The notes under the pieces were generated by a model, which saw nothing but the letters and a program-made list of their open reading frames with translations, was not told the origin of the DNA and ran no database searches. This document shows, one piece after another, positions 18,257-27,528 of a stretch of DNA of 64,000 nucleotides (position 1 is the first letter of the stretch; the number at the start of each line of letters is the position of its first letter). Made by a program: the position numbers and the translations under genes. This stretch comes from Candidatus Aenigmatarchaeota archaeon (lineage in GTDB: Archaea; Aenigmatarchaeota; Aenigmatarchaeia; QMZP01): assembly GCA_016783545.1 (NCBI GenBank), contig JADHWJ010000005.1:1605-65604 (forward strand). Direction: 5' to 3'.

Positions 18257-18284
18257 CGCGATATATTATATTGGATATGTCGCG
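18257..18284. promoter_or_regulatory. 28-nt imperfect palindrome, copy 1 (88 nt upstream of the cyclase-STAND gene)
   Basis: cgcgatatattatattggatatgtcgcg. The arms CGCGATAT and ATGTCGCG are complementary. 24 of 28 positions are identical to the reverse complement of 55890-55917. Confidence 0.5.
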
Positions 18285-18371
18285 AAACTCTTTATTTTTG
18301 GATAAAAGCCTCTTAATCTATCGAATATAGACAAATTTTATTTAAAAACCAATTATCTATTTTATTAACAT

Positions 18372-21356
18372 ATGGTAGTGAAAATACGCAGAAAACGCAA
18401 TGTAGCAGTGTTTTTAGGGGATATAGAAAGCTCTAGCACTAAGATTAGCGAAGCATATGATGCAGGCGGTTTAGGTCTAGTAGAAAATGTTGTTGAAGTT
18501 TTTGATATGCTTTTAGGGAATGGTGTAGATGGAATGGGTGGCAACATATTAACTACAGAGGGCGATGCTTTTGTAGCTTCTATTGGTGCAAATCGTGTGG
18601 GAAATCTCACAAAGAGAGCAGATGATGTACTTTCAGCAAGCTTGCATAGATCCTTGGGGTTTGGTGATGTTTACTGTATTGAAGAATTTAATGAAGGTGG
18701 GCTTGAGTACAGATTGGTTTATGGAAGTGCAATCAGAGATGCAAAAGAAGCAAGAGGTAAAGGAATAGATGAGCTGAGAATAGGAAATAACTTTCAGGAA
18801 GCGCTTAAAACCGATAAAGAGGTCAGGAAAGTTTCTTTTGATGACATGGGTGATAGTGAAGATATTTTACCGCTTCATGTGTGTGATACAGCCATGTTTG
18901 CATGTCAAATACCACTTCCTGATAATCCAGATAATAGTAATTTAGAACAATTGGCAGGTGCCTGTTCAGCTATAAAAGGAGTTGCTGATAAAAGAGGAGG
19001 TGTTCTGCATAAAAAAATAGGAGATAATCTTCTCATATTCTTTCCATATGATAACCCAATAGAAAGTGCGGCTTTATGCGGAAGCGAGGTATTGGATATT
19101 CTAGATGATTTCGGTGAAGCAAATTATGGTGTTGTTGGTTATGGAAAATGCTTTCAGGTGGAATTCTTTGAAGATCTGTTAGGAATAGGCATACGTGAGG
19201 TTTTGGGAACAGGAATACATGAAATCTTCAATACAATCAAAGATCTGAGAAAAGGGGGTGTAAAGCCCGGGTTATTTATCAGTGAAGGTGCATATTCTGT
19301 ATCACCACCAAATATTGATTTCTATGATAGGAGCAAAAAATTCCATCGGGTGAAAGACATTTCTGAATCTGGTCATTGGGAACATCGTTTTGTTGGAAGA
19401 GAGAGTGAATTAGATGAACTAGATAACTGGTATAATGGAAATAGCTCTTTTGTAAACGTTTATGGTATATCTGGAATAGGTAAAACCACTTTTTTGAATG
19501 AATTTGTAAAGCATTTGGATGGTGTTAAAAAATATAAAATAAATAGGTTTGCTAATCTATTGGCAGAATTTGGCGTATCTATTGCAGATGCTCCAAACAT
19601 AAGGAAATTAAAGGAAGGTATATATGAGGCAATAGCTTCTAATGATGGTATTCTTGTTGTTGATGATGTTGGTATTGACAGTGATTTTATTGATTTTTTC
19701 AAATGGGTTTCGAAAAAGGAGACAAAATTAAGAACAGTGGCAATAAGCAGAGAAGATTTGGGTATAGGTACAGATGAATACAGGCTTGGGACACTTAGTA
19801 GACACGATGCATTGGAATTGGCACAGGGTGATGAAACAGTATTAAGTGAACTAAAACATACGGGATACAGCCCTGCACGTATACTTTTGAGAGCAGGAAA
19901 GGATTGGAGGGTTGCAGATGTCAAGGCTGAGATAATGGCAAGGGATGTAAGAAGCCTAAGTTTTGATGCTGCCAGGGGACTAACAAGATTAGCTGTTGCT
20001 TATGATAACAATAACATAACAGTTGAAGAAGCAGAATCTATTGGTGTTGGTTCTGAATTATTGGATGAGGCTGTTGAAAAAGGTGTTATGGTTCTGAATG
20101 ATTATTCTTATTCATTTAATGACCCAGCACTTGTTGATGTGTTAGAAGACAACATAATGCCGTCTGTCTCAGAAAAAATACACGATGAGATGTTTGATAG
20201 AATAGAGACTGAATATGAAATTGAAGTTCCGTTATCAATAGAAAGTCTAAGTGAATATGTTGCAAGATGTAAAAGAGTAATGAAAATATCAGATTTGACT
20301 GAGTTAGCAAGGCATGGGAGAGGCACTGGGAATACAATAAAACTATATGCTTCTACAATGGCTGCTGGAATAAGACTAAGAGAATTTGGGCTTTTTGGTG
20401 AATCAGAGGCTTTGTACGAAGATGCATTAGATAGACTAAGTAATTATTTCATTTTTAATAGGTTAGTAGAAGGTAATTTTGACACAGAAACATACGCTGC
20501 TTTTCATGCATATGTTGGTATGTTGAGCGGTCTTACAAGAGTATGTTCTGATATGGACAAATATGAGAAAACAGATACTATTTGTAAACGTGGAATAAAA
20601 ACAACTGAGACTGTGCTGAGAAATATCAATACTAATGACCCTAAACATTCGAAATTCCTAAAAAGAGGGGAACAATTGCTGTTCGACTCTCTTCATAAAC
20701 GAGGGGTATGTAGTTTTGCTAGTATGGATTACACTTCAGCAGAAGCTGACTTTTTATCTGCATTGCACCACCTTGAAAGGATATCTGAAATAGATCCGGA
20801 TTCATATCAATATTTGCAAGAGACTGGTCTAAAGATACATAATTCTCTTGGAAGGTTATTTGAGATGCAGGGCATGTATGAAGAGGCTAGGGAAGAATAC
20901 GTGTTTGCATATGAATCAGCAAATAGTTCTGGAAACCCAATAACTAGTGTAAAGGCTGGGTTATATCTTGATACAATGAATATGGTATTGGGTAGAGATA
21001 GTGATTGTTCTGAAGATGCTGAAATAATGCTTAAAAAAAGATTATCTAAAGGTGACAGAGTACAGATATATGATCTCTTGACAAGAAAATATCTTGTTCA
21101 TGCAAGCAGGTTATCTGGTCCAAAAAGAGAGAAAACGTTAGGACTTGCAGAGAGATGTGTTAAAAAAGTTATTACAATGGAAAGAGATGCTGAGAATGAA
21201 TATGCATATAAAGTTGCAAAGGTTATGCAATCAGCCATAAACTTGGTTTCTGGTAGAGATGGGGAAGGCTTTTATAATTTGAGAGAAGAGCTACAACAGG
21301 ACGATAGATTTGGAATACTTGATTATATAGATAGAATAGTATCTTTATATGATTAA
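18372..21356 (+). CDS. Tandem class-III-cyclase-like domains, STAND P-loop NTPase, TPR-like helical repeats
   Basis: CHD-like 1: VAVFLGDIESSS...TTEGDAFVASIG. CHD-like 2: AMFACQIPL...KKIGDNLLIFF (first metal Asp missing). Walker A VYGISGIGKTTFLNEF and Walker B ILVVDDVG. The C-terminal ~400 aa is helical-repeat rich. Confidence 0.7.
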   Translation: MVVKIRRKRNVAVFLGDIESSSTKISEAYDAGGLGLVENVVEVFDMLLGNGVDGMGGNILTTEGDAFVASIGANRVGNLTKRADDVLSASLHRSLGFGDVYCIEEFNEGGLEYRLVYGSAIRDAKEARGKGIDELRIGNNFQEALKTDKEVRKVSFDDMGDSEDILPLHVCDTAMFACQIPLPDNPDNSNLEQLAGACSAIKGVADKRGGVLHKKIGDNLLIFFPYDNPIESAALCGSEVLDILDDFGEANYGVVGYGKCFQVEFFEDLLGIGIREVLGTGIHEIFNTIKDLRKGGVKPGLFISEGAYSVSPPNIDFYDRSKKFHRVKDISESGHWEHRFVGRESELDELDNWYNGNSSFVNVYGISGIGKTTFLNEFVKHLDGVKKYKINRFANLLAEFGVSIADAPNIRKLKEGIYEAIASNDGILVVDDVGIDSDFIDFFKWVSKKETKLRTVAISREDLGIGTDEYRLGTLSRHDALELAQGDETVLSELKHTGYSPARILLRAGKDWRVADVKAEIMARDVRSLSFDAARGLTRLAVAYDNNNITVEEAESIGVGSELLDEAVEKGVMVLNDYSYSFNDPALVDVLEDNIMPSVSEKIHDEMFDRIETEYEIEVPLSIESLSEYVARCKRVMKISDLTELARHGRGTGNTIKLYASTMAAGIRLREFGLFGESEALYEDALDRLSNYFIFNRLVEGNFDTETYAAFHAYVGMLSGLTRVCSDMDKYEKTDTICKRGIKTTETVLRNINTNDPKHSKFLKRGEQLLFDSLHKRGVCSFASMDYTSAEADFLSALHHLERISEIDPDSYQYLQETGLKIHNSLGRLFEMQGMYEEAREEYVFAYESANSSGNPITSVKAGLYLDTMNMVLGRDSDCSEDAEIMLKKRLSKGDRVQIYDLLTRKYLVHASRLSGPKREKTLGLAERCVKKVITMERDAENEYAYKVAKVMQSAINLVSGRDGEGFYNLREELQQDDRFGILDYIDRIVSLYD

Positions 21357-21357
21357 A

Positions 21358-22266
21358 TTACACAGGTACGTCACCAGAATCTCCTTCTGGAAGAGATGCT
21401 ATTTGTTCTGCTGTACAAGGATTTCCATACGCATCAAGGGTACCATCGCCTAAAATGCTGCCCTCGCATGGATTAGTTCCAATACATTCTGGCTGGTTTG
21501 GATCAATTTCACAATCTGCAGGTATTGTTGTGTATGTACAAGAACCATCATCCATTGTTGCTTGTGGGTTAAAGTTATTAGCTGCGGGGTCAATGCATCC
21601 AGAATATGTACAAGAACCATCATCCATATTAGCAATTGAGTTATAGTTATTAGCTGATGGGTCAGTACATCCAGAATATGTACAAGAACCATCATCCATT
21701 GTTGCTTGTGGGTTAAAGTTATTAGCTGCGGGGTCAATGCATCCAGAATATGTACAAGAACCATCATCCATTGTTGCTTGTGGGTTAAAGTTATTAGCTG
21801 AAGTATCCATACAACCAGAGTATTGACAGGAACCGTCGTCTACATTAGCCATTGAATTCCAGTTATTGGCCATGGAATCTGTACAACCTAAATATTCACA
21901 GGTTCCATCATCCATATTAGCAATTGAGTTATAGTTATTAGCTGATGGGTCAGTACATCCAGAATATTGACAAGAACCGTCATTGAAATTTGCTTGTGGA
22001 TCATAATTATCAGCATTTGGATCATCACAGCCCCAATATTCGCACATATTTGGATCATCTATATTGGCAAATGCATCATAATTATTTGCCATAGGGTCCA
22101 TACAGCCTGTTACTGGTGTTACGCACTGATCATTCTGAACCATACATGATGAACAGGAATCTCCAATAATATTACCTGTGAAATTGCCTGAAATAACGCC
22201 TAGTATTAGAATTGCAACTACAAGTAAACCAAAGAATAAAAGTTTCTGATCTTCAGTTTTTGCCAT
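21358..22266 (-). CDS. Membrane-anchored or secreted protein made of eight 24-aa two-Cys repeats (GCxDPxAxNYNxxAxxDDGSCxYS)
   Basis: N-terminal TM/signal segment (LLFFGLLVVAILILGVI). Eight consecutive repeats, followed by an acidic C-terminal tail. Confidence 0.8.
   Translation of the reverse strand: MAKTEDQKLLFFGLLVVAILILGVISGNFTGNIIGDSCSSCMVQNDQCVTPVTGCMDPMANNYDAFANIDDPNMCEYWGCDDPNADNYDPQANFNDGSCQYSGCTDPSANNYNSIANMDDGTCEYLGCTDSMANNWNSMANVDDGSCQYSGCMDTSANNFNPQATMDDGSCTYSGCIDPAANNFNPQATMDDGSCTYSGCTDPSANNYNSIANMDDGSCTYSGCIDPAANNFNPQATMDDGSCTYTTIPADCEIDPNQPECIGTNPCEGSILGDGTLDAYGNPCTAEQIASLPEGDSGDVPV
21532..22107 (-). repeat. 72-nt in-frame tandem repeat array (8 units, several near-identical)
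   Basis: For example, tgtacaagaaccatcatccattgttgcttgtgggttaaagttattagctgcggggtcaatgcatccagaatat recurs almost perfectly. It generates the spurious alternative-frame ORFs 21450..21767 and 21455..21646. Confidence 0.85.
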
Positions 22267-22344
22267 TATTTCTTTATTGGTTCAGCTTGTTTATAAATAT
22301 TTAACATAAAATAAGCTTATAAGTAGAACAATAAAATTGTTTTT

Positions 22345-22767
22345 ATGGAAAAAGATATAGGAAATAAGCTTAAAGATGGTTGGGTAAAAGTAGTTGCAAT
22401 GATAGAGGTTCTGGCTGTCACAGAAGAAACAGCAAAATCTTCTTTGGAAAAGCATATAGAGGGACTTGAGAAGGAAAAAAATGTGCTTCTTTATAGAAAA
22501 GATTTTCAAAAAATAGAAAAAGTTGAAAAACCAATACAGGGGATAGAAGTAGCTTATTCAAATCTTGTCGAAGTTGAATTTGTGGCAAAGAATCTTGATA
22601 CACTTGTTAAGATTGTGATGAATTATGCTCCTTCAAGTATAGAGATTATTGAGCCAGAAAAACTGAAAATAGATATGGGAGAAGCTCAGGGTGTTCTAAA
22701 TTCTATTGCAGAGATGGTGCATAAGTTCGCTGCTGCGGGTTTGGGTGGAGTAATTATTAACACATGA
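22345..22767 (+). CDS. Hypothetical protein
   Basis: 140-aa ORF with balanced composition, divergent from 21358..22266. No family recognised. Confidence 0.55.
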   Translation: MEKDIGNKLKDGWVKVVAMIEVLAVTEETAKSSLEKHIEGLEKEKNVLLYRKDFQKIEKVEKPIQGIEVAYSNLVEVEFVAKNLDTLVKIVMNYAPSSIEIIEPEKLKIDMGEAQGVLNSIAEMVHKFAAAGLGGVIINT

Positions 22768-23100
22768 GATAATAATTATAGGCATTATTAGATGATATGC
22801 AATACTAATTGCTATAACATTTAACAATCAACGAACCATATGCTTTATTAGATTTTACATGCAATAATATATTATGCAGCAAATCCTAGGTATTTGGGAG
22901 AATTTCTTTAAGATGTACCTAGGAGTAAATACATCTTGTCCAAGATATTCAGTTATTAAATAATCTTGGGATGATTCCTTTCTTGGATGACCATCATAAT
23001 TAACTTCTGATAATTCATTTGCGTTGCACATGTTCAGCTATGAAAATATGGTCAGCCGGTCGGTATCTCTGATCAACTGACTAAGCTGACCTGTGTTTTA

Positions 23101-23267
23101 GCCCAGGCTGGTGAACATATGTAAGGTTCATATATGCGACTTTCCCATAGCTAGGAGCCCTTATGCTTTGCAGCATATGTCACGAAGATAAGCCCTAAGA
23201 GCTATTCTTTAGACTGGTATGAAAAGTGGGACATGCCAGTAATTGCGTCTTCTTCACCCCCTGGGTA
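23101..23267 (+). ncRNA. GC-rich structured RNA candidate, possibly a divergent or expanded 5S rRNA
   Basis: - Closing helix: CCCAGG (23102-07) pairs with CCTGGG (23260-65), and GGTGAA (23110-15) pairs with TTCACC (23253-58).
- Internal hairpins: TATGCT-ttgc-AGCATA, and CTGGTATG...CATGCCAG.
- CACGAAGATAAGCCC (23181-95) closely matches my recollection of the archaeal 5S loop C/helix III segment CACGGAAGAUAAGCCC.
- TTAGACTGG resembles the loop E region.
The strand call rests on the 5S-like motif. Confidence 0.4.
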
Positions 23268-23273
23268 TTTTTT

Positions 23274-23942
23274 TTATCTTATCGTAGTACCTATAAATTC
23301 GTTTCCGTTTAGAAATTTTTCCAGGTTTTTCAGATTATTTCCATTCAGAATTATTACTTTCAGCTTAAGCTTCTCAGCTTCTTTGCTTGCAATAGGATCA
23401 AATGGAAGATTCGAACCAGGATTCCATTCATCACCAACGAGTTTTCTAAACCCTTTCCAATCTATTTTCTTTACTGGCTTTGCATCTTTGAATTTGTTTG
23501 GGTCCTTGTTGCATACATAGTTAATATTCGTCATGTTTATTATTGTTTTCACATCAATACTTTTAGCAATTAATACAGCATCCATATCAGAAGAGAATCC
23601 AGGCTTCCAGCCAGATGCTATTATAATGGGTTTATCTGATTTTATAGGTAATGTTGGGTTCTTTATGATTTTATCATGTGCTTTGTTTTCAAAAATTACC
23701 CTGAGAAGTTCTGCATTCAGTTTTGTCGAAGCAACTCCAATCCAATCCAGATCTTCAGTATTTGCATCAATAAGCTTTTTCGTGGCTTCCTGGTATTTTC
23801 TGCATACTTTTCCACCACCGGTTATTATCACAAATCTTTTCTCTTGCTTCAGAATAAGATTTCTAAATTTCCTTAAAAAATCTATGTCTATATCATCAGG
23901 TATTATTAAGGAGCCTCCAAGGGAGATTATAATGATTTCCAT
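23274..23942 (-). CDS. pyrH: Uridylate (UMP) kinase, archaeal type
   Basis: Amino-acid-kinase fold: IIISLGGSLI, VIITGGGKVCRKY. 222 aa. Typical archaeal PyrH architecture. Confidence 0.85.
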   Translation of the reverse strand: MEIIIISLGGSLIIPDDIDIDFLRKFRNLILKQEKRFVIITGGGKVCRKYQEATKKLIDANTEDLDWIGVASTKLNAELLRVIFENKAHDKIIKNPTLPIKSDKPIIIASGWKPGFSSDMDAVLIAKSIDVKTIINMTNINYVCNKDPNKFKDAKPVKKIDWKGFRKLVGDEWNPGSNLPFDPIASKEAEKLKLKVIILNGNNLKNLEKFLNGNEFIGTTIR

Positions 23943-24016
23943 GTTTGTATATTATCATATAGAGACTAAATAGTTTTTAAAAATTCTTTTAATAGTATTT
24001 AACTAAATATATAATC

Positions 24017-25897
24017 ATGAATAAAGCTCTATTAATTTTTACTACATTTTTATTATTATTTTCTATTTCAGGTATTGTAACCGCTGATCCTAAAATACAT
24101 GAAAAGGTAACTGTCAATGTTGAAAGTAACTTTAATAATCTTCCTATTCCAGATGCATATATAAAATTTAAAAATGCAGGCGATATATGGCATAGGGGTA
24201 TAGTAAAAAAAACAGATGGGAATGGTCAGGCCATATTTTCAAATGGTGGTGATGGGATATTTGATTATCCTGATTGTAACTCTTATTCTACTAAAGCAGA
24301 ATGTTTTTTGACAAGATATTGTCAGTGGGCTGATTCTAGTTGTTCCCACGTCAGCAGTTCAGCTATTTCTTATCCGACATGGGACATTAACTTTCCCCCT
24401 AAACTCGTGCTTAGATATAAAGATATTGTAGTGGTGCAGAGGGTATATCCAGAAACTCCAATAACGGTTCCAGGAGAATATGAAGAAACAATTAAAATAG
24501 ATGCTGGAAGAGTTCATTATTGTATAAAAGTTAATGATAATGATGGATTTTCAGTAGAAGATGCTGATGTAAGACTGAGATTTAAAAACGGTGGTATTAT
24601 GATTAATATTGGCGGTTCTATAAGAAGTGCTGGCGCAAAAATAGTATTCTATGATGGTAGGGATACGCCAGGAGTGAACGGGGAATGGTTAAGTGATTTT
24701 GCTGGCCATTGGTACTTTAAAGGAACTAGAAGTAGATATGGAAAACCAAAGGGTCATACGTTTGCTGCATATTGGTATCCTTTTAAAACAGATGAAAATG
24801 GTATGTTAGATGTAGCGGTTGATATTCCATATTGCATAAAACACAGATATGATAATACAATACATGGTCCAAATATATTACACCCTCTTGACCGTTTTCG
24901 TGGAGAATTTAAACCACTTGAGTGTTTCAGAGAGGCAGAAGCACAGGTGGTGAGAATAAATGATGGTGGCGGTGTTGATATTTTAACAAATTTTAAAAAA
25001 CTATCACATCTAAATGATTGTTCTTCAGGATATACTACATTTACTATAACTGATGAATGTTCTAAAGAATATGTATATGATATAACAGGTGGTGGAGATC
25101 ATACAAACGAGATACATGCAGAATTCATAGAAAGTGACTTGGGTTGTGTTAGATTATATGATTGGCCTGCTCTTGGTTTAAATGAAAAAATGACAGCTGA
25201 TCTCATTTATACCTGTCCTTCTGGAGAAGAAATAGAAATAGAATCATTTGAGTTTGGACCTACAACATATCAATGGTATCTAAACACTAATTGTAATACA
25301 GGTTTTGTTCTAACCAATGTAAGGAATGATATTGGCTTTGATAGGTTCAAATTAAGGGCAAAAGTAACTGGTGGTGTAAATTACAATCTCAATAAAGAAT
25401 TTACAGTACTTCCTGGAAAAAATAAAAGAAACTATCTTTATTGGCGTATATCAACAGGTATATGTGATGACCTATGTGTTAATGGCCTAGCAGAATCTGG
25501 ATTTGCAAGTTTTAGTACAGGTCTATCTAGTGTTTGGAACTGTAAAGAATCAGTATATGATATTAGCAAGAAGGGTGGTGGAGAGCCTTTAGGTGAAGTG
25601 GCATACAACAACGCTATTGAAAAACTAAAGAGCATAGCTAGGGACTCGCAGTACGAAGATGCTAGAAAGAGCTGCACAATAGAAACACATATTTCTTCAA
25701 GGGAAGAAGTAGGGCAGCCAAATATTAGAATTATAAGAATGAAATCTATTCCAAAGGTTCAGGGACATTCATCCATGGAAGATTTTTCAATTATAAGAGC
25801 AGTACTTTTTAGAAAATTGGTTCAGATTTTAAATGCAATGGTAGGGTTCACAAATCCAATACCAGACATATTCATAAGCATTGGTAGGGACATATGA
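24017..25897 (+). CDS. Secreted protein, unknown function (first of three coupled surface-protein genes)
   Basis: N-terminal signal-like segment (LLIFTTFLLLFSISGIV). Cys-containing. Its stop overlaps the next gene's start by 4 nt. Confidence 0.75.
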   Translation: MNKALLIFTTFLLLFSISGIVTADPKIHEKVTVNVESNFNNLPIPDAYIKFKNAGDIWHRGIVKKTDGNGQAIFSNGGDGIFDYPDCNSYSTKAECFLTRYCQWADSSCSHVSSSAISYPTWDINFPPKLVLRYKDIVVVQRVYPETPITVPGEYEETIKIDAGRVHYCIKVNDNDGFSVEDADVRLRFKNGGIMINIGGSIRSAGAKIVFYDGRDTPGVNGEWLSDFAGHWYFKGTRSRYGKPKGHTFAAYWYPFKTDENGMLDVAVDIPYCIKHRYDNTIHGPNILHPLDRFRGEFKPLECFREAEAQVVRINDGGGVDILTNFKKLSHLNDCSSGYTTFTITDECSKEYVYDITGGGDHTNEIHAEFIESDLGCVRLYDWPALGLNEKMTADLIYTCPSGEEIEIESFEFGPTTYQWYLNTNCNTGFVLTNVRNDIGFDRFKLRAKVTGGVNYNLNKEFTVLPGKNKRNYLYWRISTGICDDLCVNGLAESGFASFSTGLSSVWNCKESVYDISKKGGGEPLGEVAYNNAIEKLKSIARDSQYEDARKSCTIETHISSREEVGQPNIRIIRMKSIPKVQGHSSMEDFSIIRAVLFRKLVQILNAMVGFTNPIPDIFISIGRDI

Positions 25898-27528
25898 GAA
25901 AAACAAAGAATTGGAATAGGATAATCGTGGCTGTAATGATTTTAGTAGCTCTATCCATTTCAGTTTTATATGTTACTATAGCACCGCAGGGATGGTTTAT
26001 GGGAGCTGGTTTTGGAATACAAACATATCCATATCATTCTGTTTTTTGTCCTGATATACATAATGACCAAAGCATAGATCTATATTTTCCAGACCATGTT
26101 AGTAAAGATATAAGTACTGTAAATATTGAAATTAGAAATGGTGGTGGAACCGTAGAGTCTTATTCATGTCCAAAAGAACAGGATAGTCAAGGTAATGAAA
26201 TCTATTATTGTAAACCCCCATCAGGAAAGACTGTTTTTTCAGTTCCAAGATCAACATCTATTGAGCTGCATGAGTGTGTTCTTATTGTAGACTTTGTTGA
26301 TGCTGCTGGACAGGAATATCCAATGGATCTTTTTAAATTCTTTGCCACACCATGTGAAAGCGGTGCAAATCCAGATGAAGAAGGATTTTGCCCATGTTCT
26401 CAAGACCTTAGAATACCAGCACCTAGAACAAAACCTAATATGCAAATAAATCCATTTGGTCCTGGTTATGAATCAATAACAAAGCTTTTGGATAGTGATA
26501 GATGTAAAACAAATATACCTGACACATCACTTTCATGGTCATGGTGGGAGAGCAAACTATGTGGGGAAAAGGAAATATTCAGCGAAGCTGATGCACTAGA
26601 ATGTGAGAATACAAAATTTGATGATGGTGATGATGTTGAAGATTGTGAAGTTTATCCTTCTTTAGGAGGATTTAGTGATTGTGTGGGTTCTAATAGTGTT
26701 GATATTAGTAATATTGAAATAGAGCAAGGTATTAATAAAATAAATCCCAATGACAAAGGAATATATGATATTGAAAAAGAAGATACATCAATTAGTTTCT
26801 TTTTGAATGTAATGACAAATTTCAATAATCCTCAAAGTGTACCTGAATACAAACTCAAAATTGAAAATCTATTAAGATATAATGATAGAGATGTGGATGA
26901 TGATTTTGAAGTTAAATTGAAATCACCGATTATAGACGGGACTTCAGGATCCTGTACCTTTGCAACAACAAATCAAATCCCTTTTGATATGTGGATGCAT
27001 ATCTATCACTGCCAATTTGATATTAGAGCTCCTACAGATATCGCTCCTGGAACTGAGATAGATATTACAGATAATAGCAATACTGAAACAAAATCATTTT
27101 TAGAGCTTGGTAATGATATTGCATTACCAATTGAGATTGAGGTTGAAGCATATAAAAGTACAACAGCGATATATGATTTCAAGAGCATTGGTTATATCAG
27201 TACATTAAAATTTAGGGTTTATAATATAGCTCCTGATATACAAGCAAGTACTCATGATACAGCAATTGGTTCAGATGAATTAGCTGAAGTTTTGGATGAT
27301 GCAAAAACTAATGGCGAATATGATGGAAAAAACTTTGCTATATCATTTACTATAGAAGGTGGAGAAGACGTTCAGATGCCAAGTGTTCTTAAAAATGATT
27401 TTAGTACACTTAGTTCTGGAAATCCTTTAGCTGTGAACACTATTGACAATAATGTGGTTAGTGGTGTTAATACTCAGATTGAAAATGATTTAAAAACTAT
27501 TACAAGGGTTGATATATTCCATGGATAA
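25894..27528 (+). CDS. Membrane-anchored extracellular protein, unknown function
   Basis: N-terminal TM (IIVAVMILVALSISVLYV). Acidic, Cys-containing ectodomain. Overlaps both neighbouring genes. Confidence 0.75.
   Translation: MRKTKNWNRIIVAVMILVALSISVLYVTIAPQGWFMGAGFGIQTYPYHSVFCPDIHNDQSIDLYFPDHVSKDISTVNIEIRNGGGTVESYSCPKEQDSQGNEIYYCKPPSGKTVFSVPRSTSIELHECVLIVDFVDAAGQEYPMDLFKFFATPCESGANPDEEGFCPCSQDLRIPAPRTKPNMQINPFGPGYESITKLLDSDRCKTNIPDTSLSWSWWESKLCGEKEIFSEADALECENTKFDDGDDVEDCEVYPSLGGFSDCVGSNSVDISNIEIEQGINKINPNDKGIYDIEKEDTSISFFLNVMTNFNNPQSVPEYKLKIENLLRYNDRDVDDDFEVKLKSPIIDGTSGSCTFATTNQIPFDMWMHIYHCQFDIRAPTDIAPGTEIDITDNSNTETKSFLELGNDIALPIEIEVEAYKSTTAIYDFKSIGYISTLKFRVYNIAPDIQASTHDTAIGSDELAEVLDDAKTNGEYDGKNFAISFTIEGGEDVQMPSVLKNDFSTLSSGNPLAVNTIDNNVVSGVNTQIENDLKTITRVDIFHG

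Noticed and set aside
21450-21767. Alternative-frame ORFs (105 aa minus strand, 63 aa plus strand) in the 72-nt repeat array
   Set aside because: They are artefacts of repetitive DNA. The frame giving the GCxDP...DDGSC repeats is continuous with a signal peptide and runs the full length of the gene.
23040-23270. Assigning the structured RNA to RNase P RNA or SRP RNA
   Set aside because: I could not find the GAGGAAAGUCC / ACAGAA-CCGGCUUA P4 pair for RNase P. The only partial match is GGGAAAGTCGC on the minus strand, with no partner. I also could not find the SRP helix 8 GNAR-tetraloop/AGCA motif on either strand. Only the 5S-like motif is convincing.
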